A stretch of DNA of 64,000 bases from an uncultured Alphaproteobacteria bacterium (lineage in GTDB: Bacteria > Pseudomonadota > Alphaproteobacteria > RF32 > CAG-239), in NCBI GenBank assembly GCA_944392255.1, contig CALXVY010000004.1, positions 6,766-70,765 of the forward strand, given 5' to 3'. Shown piece after piece: positions 11,423-21,523 of this stretch; position 1 is the first letter of the stretch; the number at the start of each line of letters is the position of its first letter. A program made the translations under genes and the position numbers. The notes below the pieces were generated by a model that worked only from the letters and a program-made list of their open reading frames with translations, did no database searches and was not told where the DNA came from.

Positions 11423-13186
11423 TTATTTCAAATCTTCTTCATCGACCCCTAAAATCGGATAATCTATTTTATTATCTTCATTTTCTTCAATTTTAGGATT
11501 TTCTCCTTGAATATGATTGGCTTCTATTCCATCTAACAAAGAAATCTCCGTATTTTCTTCTTTTTCAAAAATCGGATGACGATTATTGACTTCATTTTTT
11601 ATCCGTTCCTGAGTTTCTTTATTATCAAAAGCCTCTAAATCTTCTTTGTCAAAAATTTCTACACGATTACGACCATTTTCTTTAGCCTTATATAAAGCTT
11701 CGTCTGCCGTTTTTATCAGGGTATCAATATTATCGGAAATTTCATAAGAAGAGACACCTATACTTACCGTAAATCGAACTTCCGCACCTTCATCTGAATA
11801 AACGACAATATCAGAAATGCTTTCTCTCAATCTATCGGCAACGATTTTTCCTTTACGCGCGTTCACTCCGGCTAAAAAGACAACAAATTCTTCTCCGCCG
11901 TAACGCGCAACAATATCCACATCGCGCAAAGCTCGCTCGCAAGTGGAGGCTAATTCTATCAAGACTTTATCACCGGTCTTATGTCCATATGTATCATTGA
12001 CGTTTTTAAAATGATCCGCATCTATCATTAAAACACTAAACGGTTCATTATTAGCTTTGGCGGCAACAATACGTTTGAAAACTTCTTCTTCAAAATAACG
12101 ACGATTATACAAAGATGTAAGAGGATCTCTGGTGGCTTGATTTTTCAACAAAACCTCTCTGTTTTTGCGAGAAGTAATATCTTGAAATGCCGTATATAAT
12201 GCAACATCGTAATTGTAATCTATAATATTGGCAGACGCCAAAAGCCAAAAAGGTGTATTTCCGGTCGGTGTTTTAACCAATATTTCAAAATCTTGAACAA
12301 CACGTTCTTTTTCCAACCGTTCACTTAATACGCGACGATTTTCGCTATCGGCAAAGAAATCTTTAAAATGGTATCTATCAAGCTCATTTGCGGATATTCC
12401 AAATAGTTTGATTGCATTGCTGTTGGCTAAGATAATACGGTCATCACTCAATCGTGAGATTATAATCGGGAAAGGAGAATATTTAATAATTTCTTCTATT
12501 CTTTGAGCATTTTTCTCTATTTCGATACAGCTTTCATCATATTTCTTTGCAAAAAAATCTACTTTCATCATAATTATAGCCATGCTTAAAAGTACATAGG
12601 TCATGGCCGGAATATACCATGCTTCATATATAAAGTAATTAAACCCTATTAACTTTAGAATCATGGCAAAACTTGCAAAAGAAGTTACCATACCGGCAAA
12701 AATAAAGCCACTGCTTCTTTTTCTTCTAAATTGATAGAGAAAACATATAGACAAATAAGCAAAACCTGCCAATGGAAATATATAGCGCATTTTGGCAATC
12801 ATCAAATTATCCGGAAATATATAAAGGAAAAAGATGATGGCAACAAGTCCCAAACCGCCAAATGCAGAAATAATCGGAACATCGGAAATATTGTTTATCA
12901 ATATGTGTGAAGAGGCCATAGCCAAAAGCAACATAGAAGATAAACATAAAAACATTTCTATAAATACCCAAGTTTCGACAGAGCCGCCTCTTGCATAAAC
13001 TTCTGCCGAATGTTGCGATACATATAGTGTAACAAAATCGACCAAAAGTCCCAAGAACAAAAGCCATATTCCTTTATTTTGTTTGTTTTCTCGTGATGTA
13101 TAGACACAAGAAAAGAACAATAAAAATAATGCAAGGTAGGTTACGAGCATATATGAGGTTTGATTAAATATGTTTATATTTCCCAT
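11423..13186 (-). CDS. Membrane-anchored PAS-GGDEF diguanylate cyclase
   Basis: Multi-TM N-terminal domain, a PAS-like segment, the active site RYGGEEF and an RxxD I-site (RDVD) 5 residues upstream. Confidence 0.9.
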   Translation of the reverse strand: MGNINIFNQTSYMLVTYLALFLLFFSCVYTSRENKQNKGIWLLFLGLLVDFVTLYVSQHSAEVYARGGSVETWVFIEMFLCLSSMLLLAMASSHILINNISDVPIISAFGGLGLVAIIFFLYIFPDNLMIAKMRYIFPLAGFAYLSICFLYQFRRKRSSGFIFAGMVTSFASFAMILKLIGFNYFIYEAWYIPAMTYVLLSMAIIMMKVDFFAKKYDESCIEIEKNAQRIEEIIKYSPFPIIISRLSDDRIILANSNAIKLFGISANELDRYHFKDFFADSENRRVLSERLEKERVVQDFEILVKTPTGNTPFWLLASANIIDYNYDVALYTAFQDITSRKNREVLLKNQATRDPLTSLYNRRYFEEEVFKRIVAAKANNEPFSVLMIDADHFKNVNDTYGHKTGDKVLIELASTCERALRDVDIVARYGGEEFVVFLAGVNARKGKIVADRLRESISDIVVYSDEGAEVRFTVSIGVSSYEISDNIDTLIKTADEALYKAKENGRNRVEIFDKEDLEAFDNKETQERIKNEVNNRHPIFEKEENTEISLLDGIEANHIQGENPKIEENEDNKIDYPILGVDEEDLK

Positions 13187-13361
13187 GATGGCACCTTATA
13201 ATTTGTGTTTTTTATTATTTTCTATAACAAGAATATTAATATAACTTAAATTATTATTTTATAAAAAATCGGTTTTTTATAAAAAATATGGTGATTATTA
13301 AAAAAAAATATAATACACTCTTATTGTTCTTTTAGGCTTAACGCAATGCAAGGATTAAAGC

Positions 13362-14549
13362 ATGAATAGAAACATTCCCGTCCATTATAGCTATAATTTT
13401 AAGTTAAATATTGATAAATTGCCGACAAAAGAATCTGATAGAATCAATTTAAAAATTTTACTTCCTGGGCTTTTTTTGGGTTTTATTTTGGTTCTGCTCG
13501 GTATTTTTGAACTTACAAACGGATTGAATACCCAAAACAAATTAGTTGAAAAATTGGTTCAGTTGGAAAATAAAGAAATTTATGATTCATTTATCTCCCC
13601 TATGTGTTTTGATTTTATTATCATCGCCTTGGGTTTGGGAATTATGACATCTCTTATCCTATCTAATCTGCGTTATAAAAAGATTTTTTTTGATGGTAAA
13701 AATATTACCATGATTAAACGTAGCTCTTGGGGCAAAAAAATTACTTATCGTAATAAAATAACCGACTTTCAGGGTGTGATGTTGCGAATCGAGTTTGTCC
13801 AGTGCGGTTTTATGAACAAAAACAGATATATTGTAGAATTGCATCATAAATCCAGCGCACAAACCGTTCCTTTGTATATCTCTACTTCTGAAAAAGATAT
13901 TCGTAAAATTTGGGTAGATTATGCCCAAAAGCTCAATCTTCCTACTCTATTGTATACAGATGAGGGTATTTTACAGCGTAATGTCCCTGATTTGAATAAA
14001 TCTTTAATCGAAATGGCTGATATTTGGAATTTGAAAGGTAAATTTAATCCTCAAGCCAAACACTCTTCTCGCATCGCCATCAAAGAAACTCCAGACAAAA
14101 TAATTATCAAACTGCGTAAAGTTTTATGGGACGGATACAACATTTTAGGAGCTATCAGTATTTTGATATTGGCATTGATTATGTTTATTGTCAGCCTTAA
14201 TCTGCAAGCTTTCTCTCGTGAATTTTTAACTATTTTTTATCTTGTTTGCGCATTGGGAATTATCTCTGCTATATTTGTTATGTTTAGAAAAGAAAAACTC
14301 GTTCTCAAAAAAGATAAAATTGTTAATACTCATAAGTATTTTCTCTTTTCAACCAAACATGATGAAATTTTTAAGCAAGATATTAAGGGAATTTATGTGA
14401 CGTTAAATCCGGCTACGGAAAGATATTTTGTAACAATTACTTCCTCTGAAAAAAATATTATCTTTGGAAAAAAATTGCCAATTGCAGATTTGAAATGGAT
14501 TAAAAGCTTTCTGATTGAACAAATTATTCAATCTGATAAAAAAATATAA
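13362..14549 (+). CDS. Hypothetical membrane protein
   Basis: Four predicted TM helices in two pairs. No family recognised. Confidence 0.5.
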   Translation: MNRNIPVHYSYNFKLNIDKLPTKESDRINLKILLPGLFLGFILVLLGIFELTNGLNTQNKLVEKLVQLENKEIYDSFISPMCFDFIIIALGLGIMTSLILSNLRYKKIFFDGKNITMIKRSSWGKKITYRNKITDFQGVMLRIEFVQCGFMNKNRYIVELHHKSSAQTVPLYISTSEKDIRKIWVDYAQKLNLPTLLYTDEGILQRNVPDLNKSLIEMADIWNLKGKFNPQAKHSSRIAIKETPDKIIIKLRKVLWDGYNILGAISILILALIMFIVSLNLQAFSREFLTIFYLVCALGIISAIFVMFRKEKLVLKKDKIVNTHKYFLFSTKHDEIFKQDIKGIYVTLNPATERYFVTITSSEKNIIFGKKLPIADLKWIKSFLIEQIIQSDKKI

Positions 14550-14609
14550 AAAATTGCATTGCTTAAAATTTCATTTCTATTATACATATTTATTACAGAG
14601 TTTTCTTAA

Positions 14610-15311
14610 TTGGGAGATGATATAATGATAAAGAAAAAAGCTCCGGAACAGCATAATGATTTTGAAGATGCTTTTATTCGTGAAATTGATGAAGAACTTA
14701 AAAATGAAAAAGTAAAAAAAATCTGGGATAAATATGGTTTATTTATTATCCTTTTTGTTGTTATTGCCGTGTTTTCTGCCGTTAGTTTTGAATCTTTCAA
14801 AGCTTGGCAAGATAAACGCCACCAAGAAATGTCCGATACTTTTGCTTATGCTTTGAATTTGCAAAATCAAGGTCGATTTGCCGAAGCTCAAGAGGTTTTA
14901 ACTTCCCTTAAAAATGCAAACCACGGTATTTATACCGATATTGCACAAATGCAATTGGCTAATTTGGCTTTGGGACAAAAACAAATTGATAAAGCTATGG
15001 AAATTTTGGAGCAAATTGCCAATAATGATGAATTTAATCCGCAAATGAAAGATATAGCCATTTTGAAATTGGCTTCTTATAAACTTAATAATGCTCCGCA
15101 AGAGGATATTAAAGCTTTATTGTCTCCTTTGGTGAACGAAAACAGCGTATGGAACAATTCTGCTAAAGAATTACTTGCTATGCTCGCAATCAGAGAAAAA
15201 GATTTTTCTGAGGCAAAAAAACTTTATACTGAGATTTCTGACAGTTCTGAAGCTTCAGATTCTTTGAAAACACGCGCCCATGATATGATTAATGTTTTGA
15301 GTGCAAAATAA
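14610..15311 (+). CDS. YfgM-like TPR/membrane-anchored protein (start more likely Met at 14625)
   Basis: One TM helix plus a TPR-like helical domain. Its position immediately upstream of bamB-der reproduces the conserved yfgM-bamB-der synteny. Confidence 0.6.
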   Translation: MGDDIMIKKKAPEQHNDFEDAFIREIDEELKNEKVKKIWDKYGLFIILFVVIAVFSAVSFESFKAWQDKRHQEMSDTFAYALNLQNQGRFAEAQEVLTSLKNANHGIYTDIAQMQLANLALGQKQIDKAMEILEQIANNDEFNPQMKDIAILKLASYKLNNAPQEDIKALLSPLVNENSVWNNSAKELLAMLAIREKDFSEAKKLYTEISDSSEASDSLKTRAHDMINVLSAK

Positions 15312-15335
15312 ATCTATTCTTATAAGGATGAGGTT

Positions 15336-16667
15336 ATGAAATTGACAATATATAAAAATACGGCTCTCGGCTGTTTGCTGTTTTTACTCTCCGCTTGTGG
15401 AATGTTTGGTAAAGAACATCTTAAACTTGATGGAGAAAGATTACCCGTCTTGCAGGAATCTAAAATGTTGGCTCCCGACTTTGAAAACGGCGAATTAAAA
15501 ATTACTTTACCTCAACCTTATGCAAATAATTCATGGAAACAAACCGGTGGCAACTCTTTGCACCGCATGGAGCATTTGCAAGCTTCTCAAAACTTAAAGA
15601 AAGTTTGGGATGCCAGCTTTGGAACCGGCAGCTCAAAACGTGATTACCTTTTAGCCGCTCCTATTGTGGCTTATAAAGTTATTTTCACTATTGATGCTGA
15701 TGCTCAAGTGCGGGCTTTGCGCTTAGATGACGGCGAGGAAATTTGGAGAAAAGACCTAAAGCCTTTGATTGATGACGAATATGAAATTTCCATGAAAGGA
15801 GCCGGATTAGCTGAGTTTAATCGCAAAATTTATGTAACAACCGGTTTTGGTAGTGTCTTTGCTTTAGACATGAAAACCGGAAAACAACTCTGGCGTTTTG
15901 ACGAAAAGGCGCCTATCCGAATTGCCCCTACTGTTGCTAACGGATTGCTTTTTGTTCAGACCATTGAAAATTCTTTAATTGCTTTGGATGCTCAAACCGG
16001 TAAAGAAATTTGGCGCCAAAAAACGGCTACCGAAGCAACTACTTTAGTTGGCGGTGCTAGTCCGGCTTATGATCCTTTTCAAGATGTGGTTATTGCCGCC
16101 TTTTCAACCGGTGAATTAAAGGCCTTTAAAGCTAGTACGGGCTCAGAATTGTGGAGTTCTTTACTTGTTTCTTACAGACGTACAAATGCTTTGGCTAACA
16201 TTAACGGAATTAAAGCAAATCCGGTAATTGACGGAAGTGTTGTTTATGCTTTTGGACATTCTAACATTTTGGCCGCAATTGATTTACGTACCGGAAATAA
16301 AATTTGGGAAAGAGAAATCGGCGGTATCAGCCAACCTTGGATTGCCGGAAAATTCATTTTTGTATTAGATAACAACTTCAATCTTTTGGCTCTTGAAAAA
16401 GCCAGTGGTAAAATTGTCTGGAATACCAATATTCCGGTAACAAATAATGAAGATAACACCTCTGGAATTTTTGCAAAAGGCCCCGTATTGGCAGGAAACA
16501 GACTGCTTGTTGCAAGTTCTAACGGATATGTCTTTGCCATTTCTCCTTATAACGGTAAAATAATGGGATATATTTCTTTATCTGACGGGGTGAGCGTTTC
16601 TCCGGTGGTTGCGCGTAATATGGTATTGTTTACGACCAATGACGCAGAAATTGTCGCTTATAAATAA
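15336..16667 (+). CDS. bamB: Outer-membrane assembly lipoprotein BamB (PQQ-like beta-propeller)
   Basis: Lipobox LLSACG. Repeated G-x-x-(I/L)W blades (GEEIWRK, GKQLWRF, GKEIWRQ, GSELWSS, GNKIWER, GKIVWNT). Synteny with der. Confidence 0.8.
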   Translation: MKLTIYKNTALGCLLFLLSACGMFGKEHLKLDGERLPVLQESKMLAPDFENGELKITLPQPYANNSWKQTGGNSLHRMEHLQASQNLKKVWDASFGTGSSKRDYLLAAPIVAYKVIFTIDADAQVRALRLDDGEEIWRKDLKPLIDDEYEISMKGAGLAEFNRKIYVTTGFGSVFALDMKTGKQLWRFDEKAPIRIAPTVANGLLFVQTIENSLIALDAQTGKEIWRQKTATEATTLVGGASPAYDPFQDVVIAAFSTGELKAFKASTGSELWSSLLVSYRRTNALANINGIKANPVIDGSVVYAFGHSNILAAIDLRTGNKIWEREIGGISQPWIAGKFIFVLDNNFNLLALEKASGKIVWNTNIPVTNNEDNTSGIFAKGPVLAGNRLLVASSNGYVFAISPYNGKIMGYISLSDGVSVSPVVARNMVLFTTNDAEIVAYK

Positions 16668-16683
16668 AGTTTAGGATTATGTT

Positions 16684-18084
16684 ATGAGTATGAAAGTTGC
16701 CATTATCGGACGACCTAATGTCGGTAAGTCTACTTTGTTTAATCGTTTGGCCGGTAGAAAAGTGGCTATTGTGCATGATAAACCGGGGGTTACTCGCGAT
16801 AGAAGAGAAACTCCGGCCAAATTGCGCGATATGAATCTTATCATTATAGACACTGCCGGCTACGAATATTCTAAAGAAGATAATATTGAAAAAAGAATGT
16901 GGGAACAGACCAAACGTGCAATTAATGATGCTGATGTTTGTTTATTCCTTTTTGACTCTCGCGATGGTTTACAACCCTATGATGAACATTTTGCTCAATT
17001 ATTGAGACAAATGCATCGTCCGGTTATTTTACTTGCCAATAAATGTGAAGGTAAACTGCAAGAAGATGGTATCGGAGAAGCTTATAAGCTTGGTTTTGGA
17101 CAACCAATTCCTTTTTCTGCCGAACATGGTTTGGGTATGCAAGATTTATACGATGCTTTGCATGAACATTATATTAAACTAAATTCTGAGAAAAAACTTG
17201 CCGAGAATGCTGATGAAAGCATACCTTCTGATAACGGAACAGAAGAAATCAGCGAAGAAGCATGGAAAAAACGCACCATTCAACTGGCAATTGTCGGTCG
17301 TCCGAATGTTGGTAAATCTACTTTGGTTAATGCGTTGTTGCAAGATGAACGCATGCTTACCGGTCCGGAAGCCGGTGTTACAAGAGATGCCATTACCACA
17401 GCATGGACTTATCAAGGACGCAAAATCAATTTGGTTGATACTGCCGGTTTGCGAAAACAATCTCGAGTTTCAGATTCATTAGAAAAAATGTCTGCTGCCA
17501 GTACAAAACGTGCTGCCTTTTTAGCACAAGTTGTTGTTTTGGTTTTAGATGCCGATGCTGTGCTTGATAAGCAAGATTTAACCATTGCCAGACAGGTTTT
17601 AGATGAAGGCCGCGCTTTGGTTATTGCCGTGAATAAATGGGACATTGCCAATCGAAAAGAAGCTTTGGATCAATTAAATTATAAATTGAGAACCTCGCTT
17701 ACTCAAGCTGAAGGTGTTCCCACCGTTACAATTTCTGCTCTCAAAAATGAGGGTTTAGATAAGTTAATGCGTGCCGTATTTAAGGTTTATGACCGTTGGA
17801 ATATTCGTATTCCTACCGCGCCTTTGAACAAATGGTTTGCTGATGTGATTGATAATAATCCTCCTCCGCTTGGAAAAAACAATCGAAGAATTAAACTTCG
17901 TTATATTACTCAAGCCAAAACGAGACCACCGGCATTTTTTATCTTTTCAAGTAATCCGGAAGGTTTACCTGAAGCTTATCTGCGCTATCTTATCAATAAT
18001 CTGCGCGAAACTTTTGATATGGGCGGAATTCCAATACGTATGACCGTACGTAAAGGAAATAATCCATATAAAGATAAAAATTAA
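16684..18084 (+). CDS. der: Ribosome-associated GTPase Der (EngA)
   Basis: Two tandem G domains (GRPNVGKST twice, DTAG twice, NKCE/NKWD) and a KH-like C-terminus. Confidence 0.95.
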   Translation: MSMKVAIIGRPNVGKSTLFNRLAGRKVAIVHDKPGVTRDRRETPAKLRDMNLIIIDTAGYEYSKEDNIEKRMWEQTKRAINDADVCLFLFDSRDGLQPYDEHFAQLLRQMHRPVILLANKCEGKLQEDGIGEAYKLGFGQPIPFSAEHGLGMQDLYDALHEHYIKLNSEKKLAENADESIPSDNGTEEISEEAWKKRTIQLAIVGRPNVGKSTLVNALLQDERMLTGPEAGVTRDAITTAWTYQGRKINLVDTAGLRKQSRVSDSLEKMSAASTKRAAFLAQVVVLVLDADAVLDKQDLTIARQVLDEGRALVIAVNKWDIANRKEALDQLNYKLRTSLTQAEGVPTVTISALKNEGLDKLMRAVFKVYDRWNIRIPTAPLNKWFADVIDNNPPPLGKNNRRIKLRYITQAKTRPPAFFIFSSNPEGLPEAYLRYLINNLRETFDMGGIPIRMTVRKGNNPYKDKN

Positions 18085-18096
18085 ATATAAGAATTC

Positions 18097-18130
18097 AAAA
18101 AAAATACCCTTAATTAAGGGTATTTTTTTA
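18097..18130. terminator. Bidirectional rho-independent terminator
   Basis: Stem ataccctta / taagggtat flanked by an A-run and a T-run, between convergent genes. Confidence 0.6.
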
Positions 18131-18151
18131 TATAAATCATATCTTTTAGAT

Positions 18152-18736
18152 TTATTTAATCAGCTTAGCCATATTTTGAGCAATTTGGCGTGCTAAATCA
18201 TTAACCAGCAAGCTGTCGGCCAAAACCATTGTATCATAACTTCCTCCGGCTGGACGTTCTATATCTATTCTCTTGGTTATAATGATGTTACCATTTTTGT
18301 TAATGACATACCACCAACCTGTCAGCGTGATATTTCCATCTAACGCTCCATCTAATTTTTCAACTTCTACAAAAACCAAATAGTCAAAAGTTTCTCTTCC
18401 TAAATAGCGCGCTTTGACCAAAGAATTGGGCAAATAAAGTGCCATATCATTAGCTAAAGCTCTTTGCATCATGGAAGAAAGAGGCTCGCTCCAACGGTTA
18501 TCTTCAGAAATATTAAGTTCCACGGTATTGGCATCTCGTGTTATCATTTGCGGCTTATCCAAATACAACGGAATTTTTATTTCTTCTATACCGATTTTGG
18601 TGGATTTTTGGCTCAATACTTCGGCTTGAGAAGAATCTACCGAACGCAAACTATAAAACTTGGAAGGAGCACTGCTGCCTATGCTTAGACATCCGCTTAG
18701 CAACAGAAAACTTATACAAGCTACTATTTTTTTCAT
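18152..18736 (-). CDS. ABC-transport auxiliary lipoprotein (DUF330 / PqiC-like)
   Basis: Lipobox LLSGC. It is the last gene of the MlaE-MlaF-MCE operon, which is the typical position of this family. Confidence 0.65.
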   Translation of the reverse strand: MKKIVACISFLLLSGCLSIGSSAPSKFYSLRSVDSSQAEVLSQKSTKIGIEEIKIPLYLDKPQMITRDANTVELNISEDNRWSEPLSSMMQRALANDMALYLPNSLVKARYLGRETFDYLVFVEVEKLDGALDGNITLTGWWYVINKNGNIIITKRIDIERPAGGSYDTMVLADSLLVNDLARQIAQNMAKLIK

Positions 18737-18737
18737 C

Positions 18738-19517
18738 TTAATATTTTCCTTTTCCTTTGAGTAGAGCTTCGGGGTGACGTTCCAAATAATCGGCTAAATT
18801 ACGGAATGAATTTGCGGCCTCCCCAATATTAATCATGGCATTGTTAAAGTTATTAATTGTATCAACCGAAGTTTGAGAATTTTGTGTTACCAGTTTATCA
18901 ACGCGCGTGATAATTTTATTTATCTTCGGCATTTCTTTATTCAAATTATCAAAAAAGAGATTAAAAGCTTCCACACTGTGACGAATCGGTAAATCTTGAA
19001 TTCCTTTAGAAAGTTCTCCCAATTGAGAAAGAGCTGTCGGAATTTCAACATAGTTAGGATTTTTGTTTTTCAAAATCACCGGTGTATTGGGCAACATTTC
19101 AAACTCAATCATCAACTGTCCGGTTACAAAACTTTGTGTTGCCAAACGCGCACGCAAGCCTTTTTTGATAAGTTCTTCCAACAAAGATTTTTTATCTTTA
19201 TATTCATCAAAAGTAGAAATGCTTTGTTGGTTCATTTTGGCATATACCGGAATATTAAAATCCAATGTATCGGGGTCGGTAAACAAACCAATTTTTGAAA
19301 CTTGTCCAACCTGAACACCTTTAAACACCACCGGAGAACCAACATTCAGACCTGTTATTGACTCTTCAAAAAACATAACTATTTGGTCATTTTTATTACC
19401 CAAGAACTTATCTTTGGCAAAATCTAGAACGACTATTGCAAATAAAGTAATTCCAATGACTAGAAATAAGCCAATCATTTTGGTATTTGGTTTTTTACGC
19501 ATTTCCTTTTTCCCCAC
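18738..19517 (-). CDS. MlaD/MCE-domain substrate-binding protein
   Basis: N-terminal TM anchor and MCE core GLNVGSPVVFKGVQVGQV. Confidence 0.8.
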   Translation of the reverse strand: MGKKEMRKKPNTKMIGLFLVIGITLFAIVVLDFAKDKFLGNKNDQIVMFFEESITGLNVGSPVVFKGVQVGQVSKIGLFTDPDTLDFNIPVYAKMNQQSISTFDEYKDKKSLLEELIKKGLRARLATQSFVTGQLMIEFEMLPNTPVILKNKNPNYVEIPTALSQLGELSKGIQDLPIRHSVEAFNLFFDNLNKEMPKINKIITRVDKLVTQNSQTSVDTINNFNNAMINIGEAANSFRNLADYLERHPEALLKGKGKY

Positions 19518-20253
19518 GGGTTAAGAAGTTAAGAATTTTTTGATTAGGCGGATTTTTGAGAAGTTCTTTAGGGCTACCTATTCCACCAACACCTTTAACA
19601 TCAGCATCTAAAAAGACCGAATTTGTGCCTATGGCAAAAATTGAACTCAATTCATGAGTAACTACAACTATGGTCGTTCCCAAACTTTGATTAATTTCTA
19701 CGATTAAATCATCTAAAAGCTTAGAACTTATAGGGTCAAGTCCGGCTGAAGGCTCATCAAAATAGACTATTTCGGGATCAAGAGCTAGGGCTCGCGCCAA
19801 ACCGGCACGTTTTTTCATGCCGCCACTGATTTCTGAAGGATAAAACTCCTCAAAGCCGGTCAAACCAACCAACGCCAGTTTTAAGGACACCAATTCTTTT
19901 ATCAATTTATCAGAATAGTCCGTATATTGTTGTAATGGCAATGCAATATTTTCAGCTAAAGTCATGGAGCTGAACAATGCGCCGCTTTGATATAAAATAC
20001 CGCATTTTTTCATCACTTCATCTTTTTGGGCTTGAGAGGCTTTAGCAAAGTTAACATCATTTATAAAGACATTGCCTTTTGCCGGAGGGACTAATCCGGT
20101 CAGAACTCGTAACAAACTACTTTTTCCGCAACCACTGCCGCCCATAATGATAAAGACATCACCTTTTTTTACCTCAAAGCTGACATTTTTCATTAAAACA
20201 AAATCACCATAGGCGATGGTTAAATCATCAACTTTAATTTTGGCTTCCATCAT
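19495..20253 (-). CDS. ABC transporter ATP-binding protein (MlaF-like)
   Basis: Walker A GGSGCGKSS, signature ISGGMKKR and Walker B IVYFDEPSAGLD. Confidence 0.9.
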   Translation of the reverse strand: MMEAKIKVDDLTIAYGDFVLMKNVSFEVKKGDVFIIMGGSGCGKSSLLRVLTGLVPPAKGNVFINDVNFAKASQAQKDEVMKKCGILYQSGALFSSMTLAENIALPLQQYTDYSDKLIKELVSLKLALVGLTGFEEFYPSEISGGMKKRAGLARALALDPEIVYFDEPSAGLDPISSKLLDDLIVEINQSLGTTIVVVTHELSSIFAIGTNSVFLDADVKGVGGIGSPKELLKNPPNQKILNFLTRGEKGNA

Positions 20254-21356
20254 ATTCCCAATACCTCAAACGTCATGGTGATAATACCTGTTGCCACAAT
20301 CATTAAAACAATTGCTGAAACCACAGCTTTGGTGGTGGCTACACCAACACTATCGGCATTACGTCCGCAGTTCACACCATAATAACAACCACATAAGGCA
20401 ATGATGATGCCAAAAACAAAGCCATGAAAAATACCGACCAAGAAGTTGGACAGATTCATTGCTTCAACCGAATATTTCCAATATTCCTGCGGAGAAATGT
20501 CGAGCATTACCACGCCCACAAAAGCACCGCCGAACATTCCCATAAAATCTGCCCAGACCGTTAAAAGCGGCATGGTTATCATCAATGAAAGCATCCTCGG
20601 CAAAACCAAAAAATCCATTGTCGGAATGCCCATGGTTTTAAGCGCATCAATTTCTTCATTTACCTGCATTGTGCCTATGGTTGCGGCATATGAGGCTCCG
20701 GTTCGACCCGACATAATTACTCCGGCCATGATAGCCCCCATAATGCGCGTCATGCCAATTGTAACCAAGCTGGCAACATAAATTTGCGCTCCGAAAGTTT
20801 TGAGTTGAACTGCGCCGACAAAAGCTAAAATCAAACCAATCATAAAGCTCACAAGAGACATAATGCCCACGGCTTTGTAACTACATCCTTCAAGAGCAAA
20901 GAGAAAATCAACACCGCGCATAACCGCAGAACCGCGCAAAAAGCGACCAAAAGAGGATAAAACTTGTCGAGCAAAAGAAAAAGCTCTCGTTATGCTTAAA
21001 TAAATATTCAAGCCCCAGTTTCCCATAGCTTCAAGCCATTGTCCGTTTTTATTATCCGGCAAAGAGGGTTTTCTATCTACTTTTAGGGCCAAATCTATCA
21101 GATGTTGCAAATTTTCGGGCAGACCGGAAAAAGAAATATTTTTGTTTTGTTGCTTGGCTATTTTGGAGAGCTCGTATAAAAAAGCCAATAATGTTGAATC
21201 CCATGCGGTAATATTTTGAGCCAATACATTAATTTGAGGAAGGTTTTGCGCCAGAACATATATTTTATCTTTTTGCGTACCATCATCATATTGGCAGCAT
21301 TCGCCACTGATTTTTATTGTCAGTTCTGAACTATTTTGCACATATGTCAGCGCCAT
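20250..21356 (-). CDS. MlaE-family ABC permease with N-terminal STAS-like domain
   Basis: The C-terminal ~255 aa is a multi-TM MlaE-like permease. The N-terminal ~105 aa is soluble and STAS/MlaB-like. Confidence 0.8.
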   Translation of the reverse strand: MALTYVQNSSELTIKISGECCQYDDGTQKDKIYVLAQNLPQINVLAQNITAWDSTLLAFLYELSKIAKQQNKNISFSGLPENLQHLIDLALKVDRKPSLPDNKNGQWLEAMGNWGLNIYLSITRAFSFARQVLSSFGRFLRGSAVMRGVDFLFALEGCSYKAVGIMSLVSFMIGLILAFVGAVQLKTFGAQIYVASLVTIGMTRIMGAIMAGVIMSGRTGASYAATIGTMQVNEEIDALKTMGIPTMDFLVLPRMLSLMITMPLLTVWADFMGMFGGAFVGVVMLDISPQEYWKYSVEAMNLSNFLVGIFHGFVFGIIIALCGCYYGVNCGRNADSVGVATTKAVVSAIVLMIVATGIITMTFEVLGI

Positions 21357-21523
21357 TTTCTTTGTCCGTTAGCATTTTTTGTTTTGTTTGATATTATTCC
21401 ATAAATATTTACACTTTCAAGATAATATTTCAAATTGCATATTTCAATTTTAATAAAATAAGTATGTAAAAAATCCCTTTACAATTTAAATTTACAGCAC
21501 TAAATATACCTCGGCATAAAATA

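Noticed and set aside
12807-13067. 86-aa ORF nested in another frame of the diguanylate cyclase gene, and similar nested or antisense ORFs (for example 293..475, 788..1102, 2225..2434, 8019..8942, 17179..17651, 19063..19314, 20446..20781)
   Set aside because: All lie wholly inside strongly supported genes on the same or opposite strand. They have no RBS and low-complexity products typical of AT-rich off-frames.
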